This document shows, piece by piece, positions 1 to 8,211 of a DNA stretch of 51,433 bases. Below the pieces are notes generated by a model. It had not been told where the DNA came from. It saw nothing but the letters and a program-made list of their open reading frames with translations, and did no database searches. The position numbers and the translations under genes are program-made. Each line of letters opens with the position of its first letter. Within the stretch, counting starts at the first letter, position 1. The stretch is taken from the NCBI GenBank assembly GCA_034004785.1, contig JAVEWA010000001.1, positions 1-51,433 on the forward strand, given 5' to 3'. Origin of the DNA: Polyangia bacterium. GTDB taxonomy: Bacteria > Myxococcota_A > Polyangia > HGW-17 > JAJRWW01.

Positions 1-313
1 CAGTCTCAGGCCAGGAGTCGATGATTGCGTGTATCTGACGGCCCGTCAGGCCTGAGAGGATGGCCACCCGGGGAAGAGCCTCGGCGGGCAGGGGCTCGCC
101 CGGCGTGTCGGCGCCGAGCGCGGCCTCCAGGGTGCCGGAGAGCATCTCGTTGGTGACCAGGAGGGGCCTGTGAGCGGGCGCGCCCACCCGGGCAAGGAGC
201 GCCGACACCTCAGGCAGCGCGTCCGCATCGAAGCCGGCCAAGAGGATGGTCGCCGGCCCCTGGCCAAATCGATCGTCCTCATCCAGGGATTCGAATCTCG
301 CTTCATCCGTCAT
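1..313 (-). CDS. Hypothetical protein, 3'-truncated by the window edge; translationally coupled to the upstream ABC permease gene
   Basis: Absent from the ORF track because it runs off the window. Reading the minus strand from ATG 313..311 gives MTDEARFESLDEDDRFGQGPATILLAGFDADALPEVSALLARVGAPAHRPLLVTNEMLSGTLEAALGADTPGEPLPAEALPRVAILSGLTGRQIHAIIDSWPET, with no stop down to position 1 and G/C-rich third positions. The ATG overlaps the permease stop (ATGA at 310-313). The listed 46..306 ORF is an Arg/Pro/Ser/Trp-rich shadow in another frame. Confidence 0.55.
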   Translation of the reverse strand, partial: MTDEARFESLDEDDRFGQGPATILLAGFDADALPEVSALLARVGAPAHRPLLVTNEMLSGTLEAALGADTPGEPLPAEALPRVAILSGLTGRQIHAIIDSWPET

Positions 314-1614
314 TGAGAGGGATTCCTTTTTCCCGAGCTGGTTCGTCTGGCCCTGCGGGCGAGGAGCCGGCCGAGGGTGAAGCGGAAGCCGGCGGTTGTT
401 GCGGTGCAGAGGGAGGCGACCAGCACGATGAGGGGCCCGGCCGAGAGGTTCAGCAGGCCCGAGAGCAGGTAGCCCCCAGCGGCAGCCACGGCGCCGAGCA
501 GGGCGGAGGTAAGCACCGCCGGGCCCAGGCGGTCATGGATCTGGAGGGCGGCCGCTGGCGGCAGCACGGTCAGGGCGAAAACGGGCATGGCCCCAACGGC
601 GCGGGTGCACACCGCGATGGACACGGCGATGAGCACGAAGAGGGTGCCGTTGGTGAGCCACACGGGGTAGTGCCCAGCCCTGGCTGCGGTAGGGTCGAAG
701 GACACGAAGACGAAGTCCTTGAAGAGCCAGCCGTACACCAGCAGGGTGAAAGCCGCTGTTCCAGCCACGAGGCGCTGCTGCTCCGGTGGGATGAAGATCA
801 CCGTGCCGAACAGGAACTCGGCGATCTCGTGGGCGCCCTTCTCTGCCATCTGGGACAGGATGATGCTCCCGGCGGAGGCCACTATGAAGACGAGCCCAAC
901 GACCGACTCCCTGGTGGAGCGCCACTTGCCTCCGCCCATGCCCGAGAGGAGCAAGGCTACGGCAACGGTGAGCAGCAGGGACAGGACGAGCGGGCTAACT
1001 GGCTCGTGTCGCCCGTGGTGGAAGGGGCCTGGCACCTCGCCGTTCAGGGTGGGTGGCCTCGAGGACCTCATCGGGGAAGCTGGAGGCTTGGACAAGGCAG
1101 GCACCGTGGTCCCAGGGGGAGCCATGGCCAGAGGACGAGCTTCGCCCGGCTCCCGGGCTGGCAACCTGGGGCCGCCCTCCGAATGGGCGCCAGGAGGCCG
1201 TCTCTTCGATGGGGCCAGACGAGAGGCGTCTTCCTCGTCCAGGAACCCCTGGATCTCCTGATCCGCGCTGTCTTCCGGCTGGTGCTGATCCAGGCTCTCT
1301 CCTTCAGCCGCCCTGGGAGCGGGTTGCACCTTGGTTCCGTCGTGAGCCACCAGGGTGCCCAGGAAGAAGGCCAGGGCCAGGCCCGCTCCTGCCACCTGGG
1401 AAAGTGCGGCAGAGAGGAAGACCATGCGCCTGAGGATCACGAAGAGCCCGATGGCGCCGAGCAGCACTCCCACGGTCACGTTGGTGAGGAACGAGTCCAG
1501 GTAGAGGTCGGTAAAGCGGTCGAGGAACTCTCCGGCGCTGCTGGCGTCGAAGAAGTGGCGCCACCAGGGCACAGCGGTGGAGGAGGCCTGGAGAGCCGGG
1601 CCGGAGTGAGTCAC
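310..1614 (-). CDS. ABC-3 family metal (Zn/Mn, ZnuB/MntB/TroCD-type) ABC transporter permease with a large non-membrane insert
   Basis: 434-aa ORF. Its GTG start overlaps the upstream stop (GTGA at 1611-1614). It is a multi-TM protein (LTNVTVGVLLGAIGLFVILRRMVFLSAALSQVAGAGLALAFF...; ...GAMPVFALTVLPPAAALQI...; ...LNLSAGPLIVLVASL). It lies directly downstream of a ZnuC-like ATPase and a TroA/ZnuA-like binding protein. Confidence 0.85.
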   Translation of the reverse strand: MTHSGPALQASSTAVPWWRHFFDASSAGEFLDRFTDLYLDSFLTNVTVGVLLGAIGLFVILRRMVFLSAALSQVAGAGLALAFFLGTLVAHDGTKVQPAPRAAEGESLDQHQPEDSADQEIQGFLDEEDASRLAPSKRRPPGAHSEGGPRLPAREPGEARPLAMAPPGTTVPALSKPPASPMRSSRPPTLNGEVPGPFHHGRHEPVSPLVLSLLLTVAVALLLSGMGGGKWRSTRESVVGLVFIVASAGSIILSQMAEKGAHEIAEFLFGTVIFIPPEQQRLVAGTAAFTLLVYGWLFKDFVFVSFDPTAARAGHYPVWLTNGTLFVLIAVSIAVCTRAVGAMPVFALTVLPPAAALQIHDRLGPAVLTSALLGAVAAAGGYLLSGLLNLSAGPLIVLVASLCTATTAGFRFTLGRLLARRARRTSSGKRNPSQ

Positions 1615-2519
1615 GGTTTGCTCCCCTCCTGGTCCCCTGAGCCCGTGGAATCCCGTTCGTCGGAGGCCCTCTTGTGGTCGAGGTGGCTCGGATCGCTACC
1701 ATGGTCCCCAGGGCCGTTCCCTGGCCCCTCTTCATCCGGGCCGCCCTGGACGTCCGGGTCCAGGCACTCTGGTGGAGCGCCGGCCTGGGCGTCGCGCCTG
1801 TGCCGGACCCCGCGGAAGCTCTCGTGTACGCAGGGATCTCCCGCGCCCAGGACATCCTCGGGGCTTCCGACCTTGGCGAGGCCCAGGTCTCGGTTTACCA
1901 GGATGGCTCGCTCTGCGTGGGCCCTGACCGTGGTGAGGCTGTGGCTCACCACCATGACGGCGATCTTCTCGGTTCGGGTCATGTCCTCGATGAGGGCTAG
2001 CACGTCCCGCTCGGCGTCCACGTCCATGGCGGCGGTGGGCTCGTCGAGCAGCATGACCCTCGAGGAGGCGACCGAAGCTCGGGCGATGAGGGTGCGCTGC
2101 TGCTCTCCGCCCGAGAGCTGCCGGAAGGGGGTCTGGGCGAGGTGGGGGAGCCCCACGCGCTCGAGGGCCGTCATCGCCTGCTTGCGGTGACCAGGGCCAA
2201 AGGGCCGGCCAAAGCCGAGACTTGGCGCTAGGCCCATCATCACCACGGCTAGAGCGGTCACCGGAAACACGGGATCCAGGGTGTCCCGCTGGGGCACGTA
2301 AGCGATGCCCCCTCGTCTCTCGGCGCCTCCTCTGAGCTTGCATTCCCCTGAGACGAAGGGCAGAAGGCCGGCGATGCTCCGAAGGAGCGTGCTCTTGCCC
2401 GAGCCGTTTGGCCCCACGATGCCCCAGAAGCTCCCCTGCTCCACCTCGAGGTCGATAGGGCCCAGAGTCCAGGCCCCTGGGAAGCCGATGGAGGCCTCGC
2501 GTAGCTCGATGACTGGCAT
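1611..2519 (-). CDS. Metal ABC transporter ATP-binding protein (ZnuC/MntA-like) with an acidic/Gly-rich C-terminal tail
   Basis: Motifs present: Walker A GPNGSGKSTLLRSIAG, ABC signature LSGGEQQRTLIARA, Walker B VMLLDEPTAAMD and H-loop VVSHS. I prefer ATG 2519 (MPVIELREASIGF...) because it matches the usual N-terminus of this family; the longest ORF starts at ATG 2576. The last ~70 aa (…DPDVQGGPDEEGPGNGPGDHGSDPSHLDHK…) are low complexity. Confidence 0.9.
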   Translation of the reverse strand: MPVIELREASIGFPGAWTLGPIDLEVEQGSFWGIVGPNGSGKSTLLRSIAGLLPFVSGECKLRGGAERRGGIAYVPQRDTLDPVFPVTALAVVMMGLAPSLGFGRPFGPGHRKQAMTALERVGLPHLAQTPFRQLSGGEQQRTLIARASVASSRVMLLDEPTAAMDVDAERDVLALIEDMTRTEKIAVMVVSHSLTTVRAHAERAILVNRDLGLAKVGSPEDVLGAGDPCVHESFRGVRHRRDAQAGAPPECLDPDVQGGPDEEGPGNGPGDHGSDPSHLDHKRASDERDSTGSGDQEGSKP

Positions 2520-2591
2520 GACGACTCGAACATCCTTTGGCGAGGGCAGGGTTGTCAAGGCAGGGAAGAGCGTCATGGCTGGTAGTTTTTC

Positions 2592-3515
2592 TCAGGGCTT
2601 CGCCTGGGCCAGGGCGGCGGCTAGGCGGTCCGCGTTGTGCTCGAGCATCTTGGCGTAGGTCGGGGCCCCGGGGAGCCCGCCCGCCATGTGGGCCATCCGC
2701 AAATAGGGCAAGCCGTACTTGGCCGCCACGCGCTTGGCCACCGTGTCCGGGTAGTAGGTCTCGCTCACCACGACCTTGCGTCCGGGCGTGGAGGAGACGA
2801 TCTGATGAAGCTTGGCCAGGTGGGCAGCCGAAGGGGGAACGCCGGGCAGGCGCTCTATGGTGGCCAGGCGGCGAAGGCCCGCCCAGGTGATGAAGTAGAT
2901 CATGCTCTGGTGGTAGGGGATGAGATAGGAGCCCGCATAGGGCGCGAGCTTGGTCTTGAGCCTCCTCGAGAGGCGGACGATCTCGAGGGCGTAGGACTTG
3001 TACTGCCGCTCGTAGGTGGCGGTGTTGCCCGGATCCAATTGGGCGAGCCTCTTGTAAACGCCAAAAGCCACCCGCACTCCGTTTCGCGGATCCATCCAGT
3101 AATGGGGATTGCCTCCAGGGTGCAGATCTCCCATGGCCCGAGAGAGCTTCTGCGAGGGGACCTCCAGGATCTTCACCAGGGTGGAGCAGTCGAGGTAGCC
3201 CCGCTCGCCCACCTGGAGCCTGGAGTTCCTGCTCCCGGTCAGAAGGGGGGGGAGCCAGCCCACCTCTAGCTCCAGGCCCACCAGCAAGAGGAGGTCCGCG
3301 TTTCTGAGAGCCAGGGCGAAGCTCGGCTTGGGGTCCACGAAGTGTGGATCCTGATAGCCCTTGCCCAGGGAGGAGGTGGTTACAAGATTTCCTCCCACAT
3401 TGGCGGCGATGTCGCACAGGTCGGGGATGGTGCAGACGATCTTCATCTTGGCCCCGGCGGGCCGGGCTGCCAGGAAGAGGCTGGCGGTGAGCAGCATTAA
3501 TGCGATTCGTCTCAT
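2592..3515 (-). CDS. Periplasmic metal-binding protein of a Zn/Mn ABC transporter (TroA/ZnuA, cluster 9 family)
   Basis: Signal peptide MRRIALMLLTASLFLAARPAGA. Family-like segments are KIVCTIPDLCDIAANVGG, QDPHFVDPKPSF and GGNPHYWMDPRN. It is in an operon with the ATPase and permease. Confidence 0.85.
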   Translation of the reverse strand: MRRIALMLLTASLFLAARPAGAKMKIVCTIPDLCDIAANVGGNLVTTSSLGKGYQDPHFVDPKPSFALALRNADLLLLVGLELEVGWLPPLLTGSRNSRLQVGERGYLDCSTLVKILEVPSQKLSRAMGDLHPGGNPHYWMDPRNGVRVAFGVYKRLAQLDPGNTATYERQYKSYALEIVRLSRRLKTKLAPYAGSYLIPYHQSMIYFITWAGLRRLATIERLPGVPPSAAHLAKLHQIVSSTPGRKVVVSETYYPDTVAKRVAAKYGLPYLRMAHMAGGLPGAPTYAKMLEHNADRLAAALAQAKP

Positions 3516-3542
3516 GGGTCGTCTCCCTTCAGCGAGCTCGAG

Positions 3543-4091
3543 CTAGAGCGGCTCGCACTTGCCCGAGGTGGCGTCGCAGGTAGTGGCCACGCCGGGTAGC
3601 TCCCCGCAGGCGAGGGTGCCTCCAGCTCCGTCGCAAGCCGGGGCGCAGACCCCGCCGGCGGCGTTCGGGTGGCAAACCATCAGCGCGTCGAGCTTCTGGC
3701 AGAAGGAGTCGCCTCCCACCTCGTCGCAGGGCCGGGCGCAGGTGCCACCGTTTGCGTAGAGCTGGCAGATCTGAAAAGAGGCGCAGGAAGAGTCGTCTGT
3801 GGCGGTGCAGGCTTCGCCCGAGGGCTCGCATAACCCTTCGTCCGGATGGCAGAAGAGCACCTCCCCGTCCGGGTCATAGGTCTCGCAGATGGTGGGCGCA
3901 GTGCTCGCGGTGCAGGAGGGGCCGCAGATGCCTCCATGTTGGCAGAGGTCGGATCCAGTGCAGGCAGGATCGCAGTCATGGTGGTGGTGATTTTCGTCAT
4001 CGTCTCCGCAGGCCGCCATCAGGGGAACCAGGGCCGCGGCCAGCGAAGCGACCAGGAAGAGAGCTGGACTGGTTCTTTGATTTCCTATCAT
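3543..4091 (-). CDS. Cysteine-rich, His-tract lipoprotein (function unknown; metal-related by context)
   Basis: Signal peptide plus lipobox (LVPLMAAC). The mature part begins CGDDDENHHHHDCDPAC and holds about 20 Cys in ~155 aa with an acidic composition. Only a 27-nt gap separates it from the downstream binding-protein gene. Confidence 0.8.
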   Translation of the reverse strand: MIGNQRTSPALFLVASLAAALVPLMAACGDDDENHHHHDCDPACTGSDLCQHGGICGPSCTASTAPTICETYDPDGEVLFCHPDEGLCEPSGEACTATDDSSCASFQICQLYANGGTCARPCDEVGGDSFCQKLDALMVCHPNAAGGVCAPACDGAGGTLACGELPGVATTCDATSGKCEPL

Positions 4092-4125
4092 GGGATTGCT
4101 CCTTGGTTTGAGAGTCGGTCTGTCG

Positions 4126-4995
4126 CTACTCGGCGCCAGGGACGAGGGCCCAGCTCGAGGCCGAGGTCAGGCCTGCGACCATTTCTCCCAGGGCGATTAT
4201 GTTGGAGGAGACCGCGCCACCGATGATGATGTTGCCATCCCCGCCCGGTAGGACTCGGCTCCAGTCCACTCTCTGAAGGGCGAGATCCAGCCGCAGGCCT
4301 AGCAAGAGCCGGCCCCCGTCTCTTGTAGCCTCGCCCGGAAGAGTAGCGGCGATGGGCTCGGTTATCTTGTCGGTCACGCGGAGGTCGATTACGAGTGGCG
4401 CACCTTGGGCTGCCCCCGGGGCGAAGAGCACGCCCTCCAGCCAGAAGGCTCGGCCCTGAAGGTCAGCGCAGGCGGGCGGCAGGCCTTGCGCATCGTCTCT
4501 TGCCTCGCTCAAGCTGAGAGTGACCCGGTCGTACTCGCCCGGGGCAGCGCCCGAAGAGAGAAGCGAGGCCCTGCCCGAGAGGAGATCCGCTCCCCGGTGC
4601 ACGCTCTTGATGATGGGAGGGATCTCGCCCGCCGCGCTGGCGCCGCAGTCGCCATGGCAGTGGGGCGGATCGCCGTGGCAGAAGCAGGTCTCGTCTCCTG
4701 ATGACCCTGTCTCGGAAGCGACCGGAGCGACAACGAGGGTCTCCACGTTCAGGCAGGCCCGGGAGAGCACGAGGCGATATCCTCCGCCGAGGCTCAGATC
4801 GGCGCCTTGGGCGAGGGGAACCTCGCTCGCGTCGGTCGTCTCCAGATCGAGGGAGAGCTGGGCGCCCCAGCGCCCGTTGCCGCAGGCGGCGAGGCCGAGA
4901 AGGGACGGCGCGAGGGCGGCAAGAAGAGCTCCGACCAGCGCCAGGTGTGTTGCGTGCGCGAAGATCGGCAGCTTTTGTTCCTGGAGTTCTCTCAT
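4126..4995 (-). CDS. Lipoprotein with a CFCHGDPPHCHGDC Cys/His cluster (function unknown; metal-related by context)
   Basis: Signal peptide plus lipobox (LLGLAAC). A clustered Cys/His motif, ETCFCHGDPPHCHGDCG, lies mid-protein, and the remainder looks beta-rich. The flanking operon genes are 11 and 34 nt away. Confidence 0.8.
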   Translation of the reverse strand: MRELQEQKLPIFAHATHLALVGALLAALAPSLLGLAACGNGRWGAQLSLDLETTDASEVPLAQGADLSLGGGYRLVLSRACLNVETLVVAPVASETGSSGDETCFCHGDPPHCHGDCGASAAGEIPPIIKSVHRGADLLSGRASLLSSGAAPGEYDRVTLSLSEARDDAQGLPPACADLQGRAFWLEGVLFAPGAAQGAPLVIDLRVTDKITEPIAATLPGEATRDGGRLLLGLRLDLALQRVDWSRVLPGGDGNIIIGGAVSSNIIALGEMVAGLTSASSWALVPGAE

Positions 4996-5006
4996 GGTCC
5001 GATTTC

Positions 5007-6548
5007 CTAGTAGGGGTGCGCCCCGTGGGCGCCGATGTTGCCCTGGAGCTGCAGGGTCACCTCGTGTGACTGCTTGAAGGCCCCTGGCTCCCCTTGATCA
5101 TTCATGCGGCGTGTCCAGTTGTTGTTGTACTGCAGCCGGAGCTGGGAAAAGTGCGTGGGCTGCCAGGAGAGGGACACCGAGCCCCGGTGCTGATCATCGA
5201 TGGGGTTCGGGTGCTCGGGGTCGCTCGACTGCTGGGCGAAATCGAAGGTGAGTAGTTTCAGCGGCTCCGAGATCTCCACCATGTCGTAGCGGAGAGCCAG
5301 GAACCACCGTTTGCCAAGGCGGAAGGATGCCTGGGCGTAGAGGCCCCAGTCGAAGAGCTGGTCATCCGGGATCTGCATGAACCGGCCATACCACTCGGCG
5401 CTCACCTGGATCTCGGAGTAGGGCCGCGTGAGAGGCCGGTACTTCAGGAAGAGATCCACCCCGAAGAGCTGGGTCATGTTCAGCTCGTAGCCGCCGCTGT
5501 TGTTGGGCCCCACGGCATATGACAACCCGGGCGCCAGGCCCCAGGAGGAAGAGATCTCGTAGAACTGAGCCAGGTGGAAGACGTAGAGCAGATGTCGCGG
5601 ATCCCGGATGTGGAAGCCATTCTTGCGAGACCTGTCCCCGACGAAGCTCCCAAGGAAGGACCCGCTCGGCATGGAAATGGCCGCCGAGAGCACGCTGTAG
5701 AATGAGATGGGCATCATCCAGCTCGTCTCGAAAGCAAGCGAGGTCAGGTGGCCGCCCGAAAGGAGCCTCGTGGCGGGCACCATGTTGTCCACGAAGGCCC
5801 AGTCGTGCAGGTGCTTGGTGTTGTGGCGACCGAACTGGTGGTTGATCTCTCCCGCCTTGATCTGGAAGCCCCCTGGCAGACCGAGGGAGGTGACGTAGCC
5901 CTCGTGGAAGTGGATGCCCTGGAGCGAGATGGCCAAGAAGGCGTCCATCCGGAAGTAGGGGTCGATCTCTGCCTGCAGGGCGAGCTCGAAGACCTGGAGG
6001 TGAAAGCCGGTCTTGCCTGGGTCGTGGCCCCCCTGGGGCACTATGTTGCCTCTGCCACTGAGGCCCTGGTCGTAGTAGTAGGAGGCCGCAAGGATGGCGA
6101 TGGCCGAGATGTCCGGGTTGGTGGACTGGATGAAGCGCTGGAAACGCTCCCCCAGCGAGCCGCGCTTCTTGCCAGCCTTGGCGGCAGGCTCTGGATCTGC
6201 TCCGGCGTCTTTCTCCAGGTCGGCGAGCTCTTCCTCGTCGGTCATGTCCCGCGCGAGACCAGGCTTCTGCTTGGACCTATGGCGCTGCTTGGCGGCGGGA
6301 GGGGACTCGGCTGGTAGGCTCTGCTTCCGAGGCGCCACTTCGCCAGGAGCTGCCGTCCGGGGCGCCAGCTCGCCAGGAGCTGTCGCCCGGGGCGCCAGCT
6401 CGTCAGGCGCCGCCCCATTCGGCGCCGCAGGAGTCGGCTTAGGATCCAGCGCTGGCCTGGCCGCGCCGGGAGCACCATCTCCTCCGAGGGTCATGAGCCC
6501 TCCGAGGACGCAGAATAGCAGGCGTCCCTTGGGCGCCGATCGTCGCAT
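5007..6548 (-). CDS. Putative outer-membrane beta-barrel protein with a disordered Pro/Ala/Lys/Glu-rich N-terminal region
   Basis: Signal peptide (RLLFCVLGGLMTLGG). An ~130-aa low-complexity N-region is followed by alternating amphipathic beta-like segments and a C-terminal aromatic residue (…QLQGNIGAHGAHPY). A His-rich internal motif, HQFGRHNTKHLHDW, is present. It sits in the metal-uptake operon. Confidence 0.7.
   Translation of the reverse strand: MRRSAPKGRLLFCVLGGLMTLGGDGAPGAARPALDPKPTPAAPNGAAPDELAPRATAPGELAPRTAAPGEVAPRKQSLPAESPPAAKQRHRSKQKPGLARDMTDEEELADLEKDAGADPEPAAKAGKKRGSLGERFQRFIQSTNPDISAIAILAASYYYDQGLSGRGNIVPQGGHDPGKTGFHLQVFELALQAEIDPYFRMDAFLAISLQGIHFHEGYVTSLGLPGGFQIKAGEINHQFGRHNTKHLHDWAFVDNMVPATRLLSGGHLTSLAFETSWMMPISFYSVLSAAISMPSGSFLGSFVGDRSRKNGFHIRDPRHLLYVFHLAQFYEISSSWGLAPGLSYAVGPNNSGGYELNMTQLFGVDLFLKYRPLTRPYSEIQVSAEWYGRFMQIPDDQLFDWGLYAQASFRLGKRWFLALRYDMVEISEPLKLLTFDFAQQSSDPEHPNPIDDQHRGSVSLSWQPTHFSQLRLQYNNNWTRRMNDQGEPGAFKQSHEVTLQLQGNIGAHGAHPY
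6331..6420. repeat. Three tandem 30-nt repeats inside the OM-barrel gene, encoding 10-aa units (ELAPRATAPG / ELAPRTAAPG / EVAPRK..)
   Basis: The forward strand reads ggcgccacttcgccaggagctgccgtccgg / ggcgccagctcgccaggagctgtcgcccgg / ggcgccagctcgtcaggcgccgccccattc. The period is a multiple of 3 and is in frame with the 5007..6548 CDS. Confidence 0.8.
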
Positions 6549-6696
6549 CTCTCACCTCCCGGGCCGTAGCCAGCGCGAAGGTCCTTCGGTCTTTTGCGAC
6601 CCTTCTCGGCAGGAAACGCTCGTCTGATTCCGACTCAATAGAAGCCAGGCTCAGGGCGCGGCGACCTGCTCTCGGTTCGATTCGACAGGGAATAGA

Positions 6697-6990
6697 TCAG
6701 CGGGGAAGGGGCGGAGATGTCTTCGGCGCAACAGCGAGGGGATCTGCGACAGAGGCCTGATGCACGGGGAGCGCAGGGATCTCCGTGGCCTTTGGCAACG
6801 GGCGCTCGGGGATTCTGATCGTGGGTGGAGATTCGAGCGCGGCGTTGTGGAACTGGCAGGCGATGCAATCCGATTCCCTGGTGCCGGGCCCGTGGTGGTG
6901 ACTCCACTCGTGGAGCGGCCCCAGCAGAAACAATGCCAAGCCGAGGACGAAAAGAGCCTGCCGCATGGAATGTACGGTAACCTGTCTCAT
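6697..6990 (-). CDS. Small membrane/secreted protein with an HEWSHHHG...CIACQFH motif; first gene of the metal-uptake operon
   Basis: 97-aa ORF; an alternative ATG at 6966 gives MRQALFVLGLALFLLGPL…. It has one hydrophobic N-terminal helix followed by a His tract and a CxxC-x2-H motif. Similar small Cys-motif proteins often precede metal-uptake outer-membrane genes (from memory, not verified). Confidence 0.55.
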   Translation of the reverse strand: MRQVTVHSMRQALFVLGLALFLLGPLHEWSHHHGPGTRESDCIACQFHNAALESPPTIRIPERPLPKATEIPALPVHQASVADPLAVAPKTSPPLPR

Positions 6991-7191
6991 GCCCCTGTCA
7001 AGCCAAGGGCGCGCCGAGGCCGCGCAGGGACCTGAGCCCAGGGGCGCCGATCCCGCTCGAGCATTTCCATTTGAAAGGAATTCCCTCTTGGGCGCTGACC
7101 ACAGCGCAAGAAGCCGCCTGGCTTCCGCTTGGCTTGACTCGGCGGCCAGGCTCCGTCATATCCTTGCCCAACATTCCTCCAAGGAGGCAGA

Positions 7192-8196
7192 ATGGACGTC
7201 ATCTTCCAGGGCCAGCGCCCACTGGTCTCAGATCCCGATCCCGAGAAGGCCCGGGCCTTCTTCCACGAGAAGTCCCGAGCGCTGACGAGCAAGGTGATGA
7301 CCGCCAAGGAGGCGGTGACCCGGTTCGTCAAGAAAGGGGACTACCTCATCATCGGCGCCTTCGGCGCGGTCAGGATCCCCACCGCGATCCTCCACGAGCT
7401 CATCAGGCAGCGGGTCACCGGCCTGAAGTTCGGAGGGCACACCGCCACCCACGACTGCCAGCTCCTGGCAGCGGGGCGCTGCTTCGACCACTGCGACGTG
7501 GCCTATGTGGTGGGGCTCGAGGCCAGGGGCCTTTCTCCACAGGCCAGGCGCCACATGCAGAGCGGCGACGTGCAGCTCACCCAGTGGACCAACGCGGCCC
7601 TGGCCTGGCGGCTCAAGGCCGCGGCCATGGGCGTGCCCTTCTTGCCGGCCAGGCACATGCTCGGGACGGACACGTTGAGATACAGCGGCGCCAAGGTGGT
7701 GACCTGTCCCTACACGGGGCTGCCTTTGGTGCTCTTGCCCGCGCTCTACCCGGACCTCGCCTTCATCCACGTCCACGAGGCAGACATCTATGGCAACTGC
7801 CGCATCCGGGGCATCAAGGTTGCGGACGAGGACTTGGCCAGGGCCTCACGCAAGGTCATCGTGACCTGCGAGCGGCTCATCTCCAACGAGGAGATCCGGA
7901 ACCAGCCCGGGCTCACAAACATCCCTTACTACTGCGTGGACGCCGTCGTGGAGGTGCCCTACGGCTCCTACCCTGGCAACATGCCGGGCGAGTACTTCTC
8001 CGACGAGGACCACCTGAAGCTCTGGCTCAAGATGGAGAAGGACCCCAAGGATCTGGAGGCCTTCCTCGAGGAGTACATCTTCGCCACAGGGGACTTCCAG
8101 GGTTACCTGGAGAAGTGCGGCGGCACCGAGCGGCTCCGGCTGCTTCGGCATCAGGAGCTCCTAATCGACACAGGCACCCAGGACGAGCGCCGCTAG
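7192..8196 (+). CDS. CoA-transferase subunit A (glutaconate / 3-oxoacid CoA-transferase family I, alpha)
   Basis: An AAGGAGG RBS lies 5 nt upstream of the ATG. The N-terminus …KVMTAKEAVTRFVKKGDYLIIGAFG… is typical of family I alpha subunits. It is followed 15 nt later by the beta subunit. Confidence 0.85.
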   Translation: MDVIFQGQRPLVSDPDPEKARAFFHEKSRALTSKVMTAKEAVTRFVKKGDYLIIGAFGAVRIPTAILHELIRQRVTGLKFGGHTATHDCQLLAAGRCFDHCDVAYVVGLEARGLSPQARRHMQSGDVQLTQWTNAALAWRLKAAAMGVPFLPARHMLGTDTLRYSGAKVVTCPYTGLPLVLLPALYPDLAFIHVHEADIYGNCRIRGIKVADEDLARASRKVIVTCERLISNEEIRNQPGLTNIPYYCVDAVVEVPYGSYPGNMPGEYFSDEDHLKLWLKMEKDPKDLEAFLEEYIFATGDFQGYLEKCGGTERLRLLRHQELLIDTGTQDERR

Positions 8197-8211
8197 GCCA
8201 GGAGAGAGATC

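Noticed and set aside
46-306. 86-aa minus-strand ORF at the window start
   Set aside because: Its Arg/Pro/Ser/Trp-rich translation looks like an out-of-frame shadow. A different minus-strand frame (ATG 313, open to position 1) gives a protein-like sequence and overlaps the upstream stop as ATGA.
313-2190. 625-aa plus-strand ORF
   Set aside because: It is antisense to the ABC permease and ATPase genes, which have clear family motifs. Its translation is Gly/Glu/His/Arg low complexity, typical of GC-rich shadow ORFs.
1732-3417. 561-aa minus-strand ORF
   Set aside because: It overlaps the ATPase and binding-protein genes out of frame. The translation is extremely Arg/Pro/Gly-rich with no recognisable motif.
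7134-7162. Sigma70-like promoter TTGACT-17-CATATC upstream of the CoA-transferase genes
   Set aside because: The -35 element is good, but the -10 element matches the consensus at only 3 of 6 positions, which is too weak to report as a feature.
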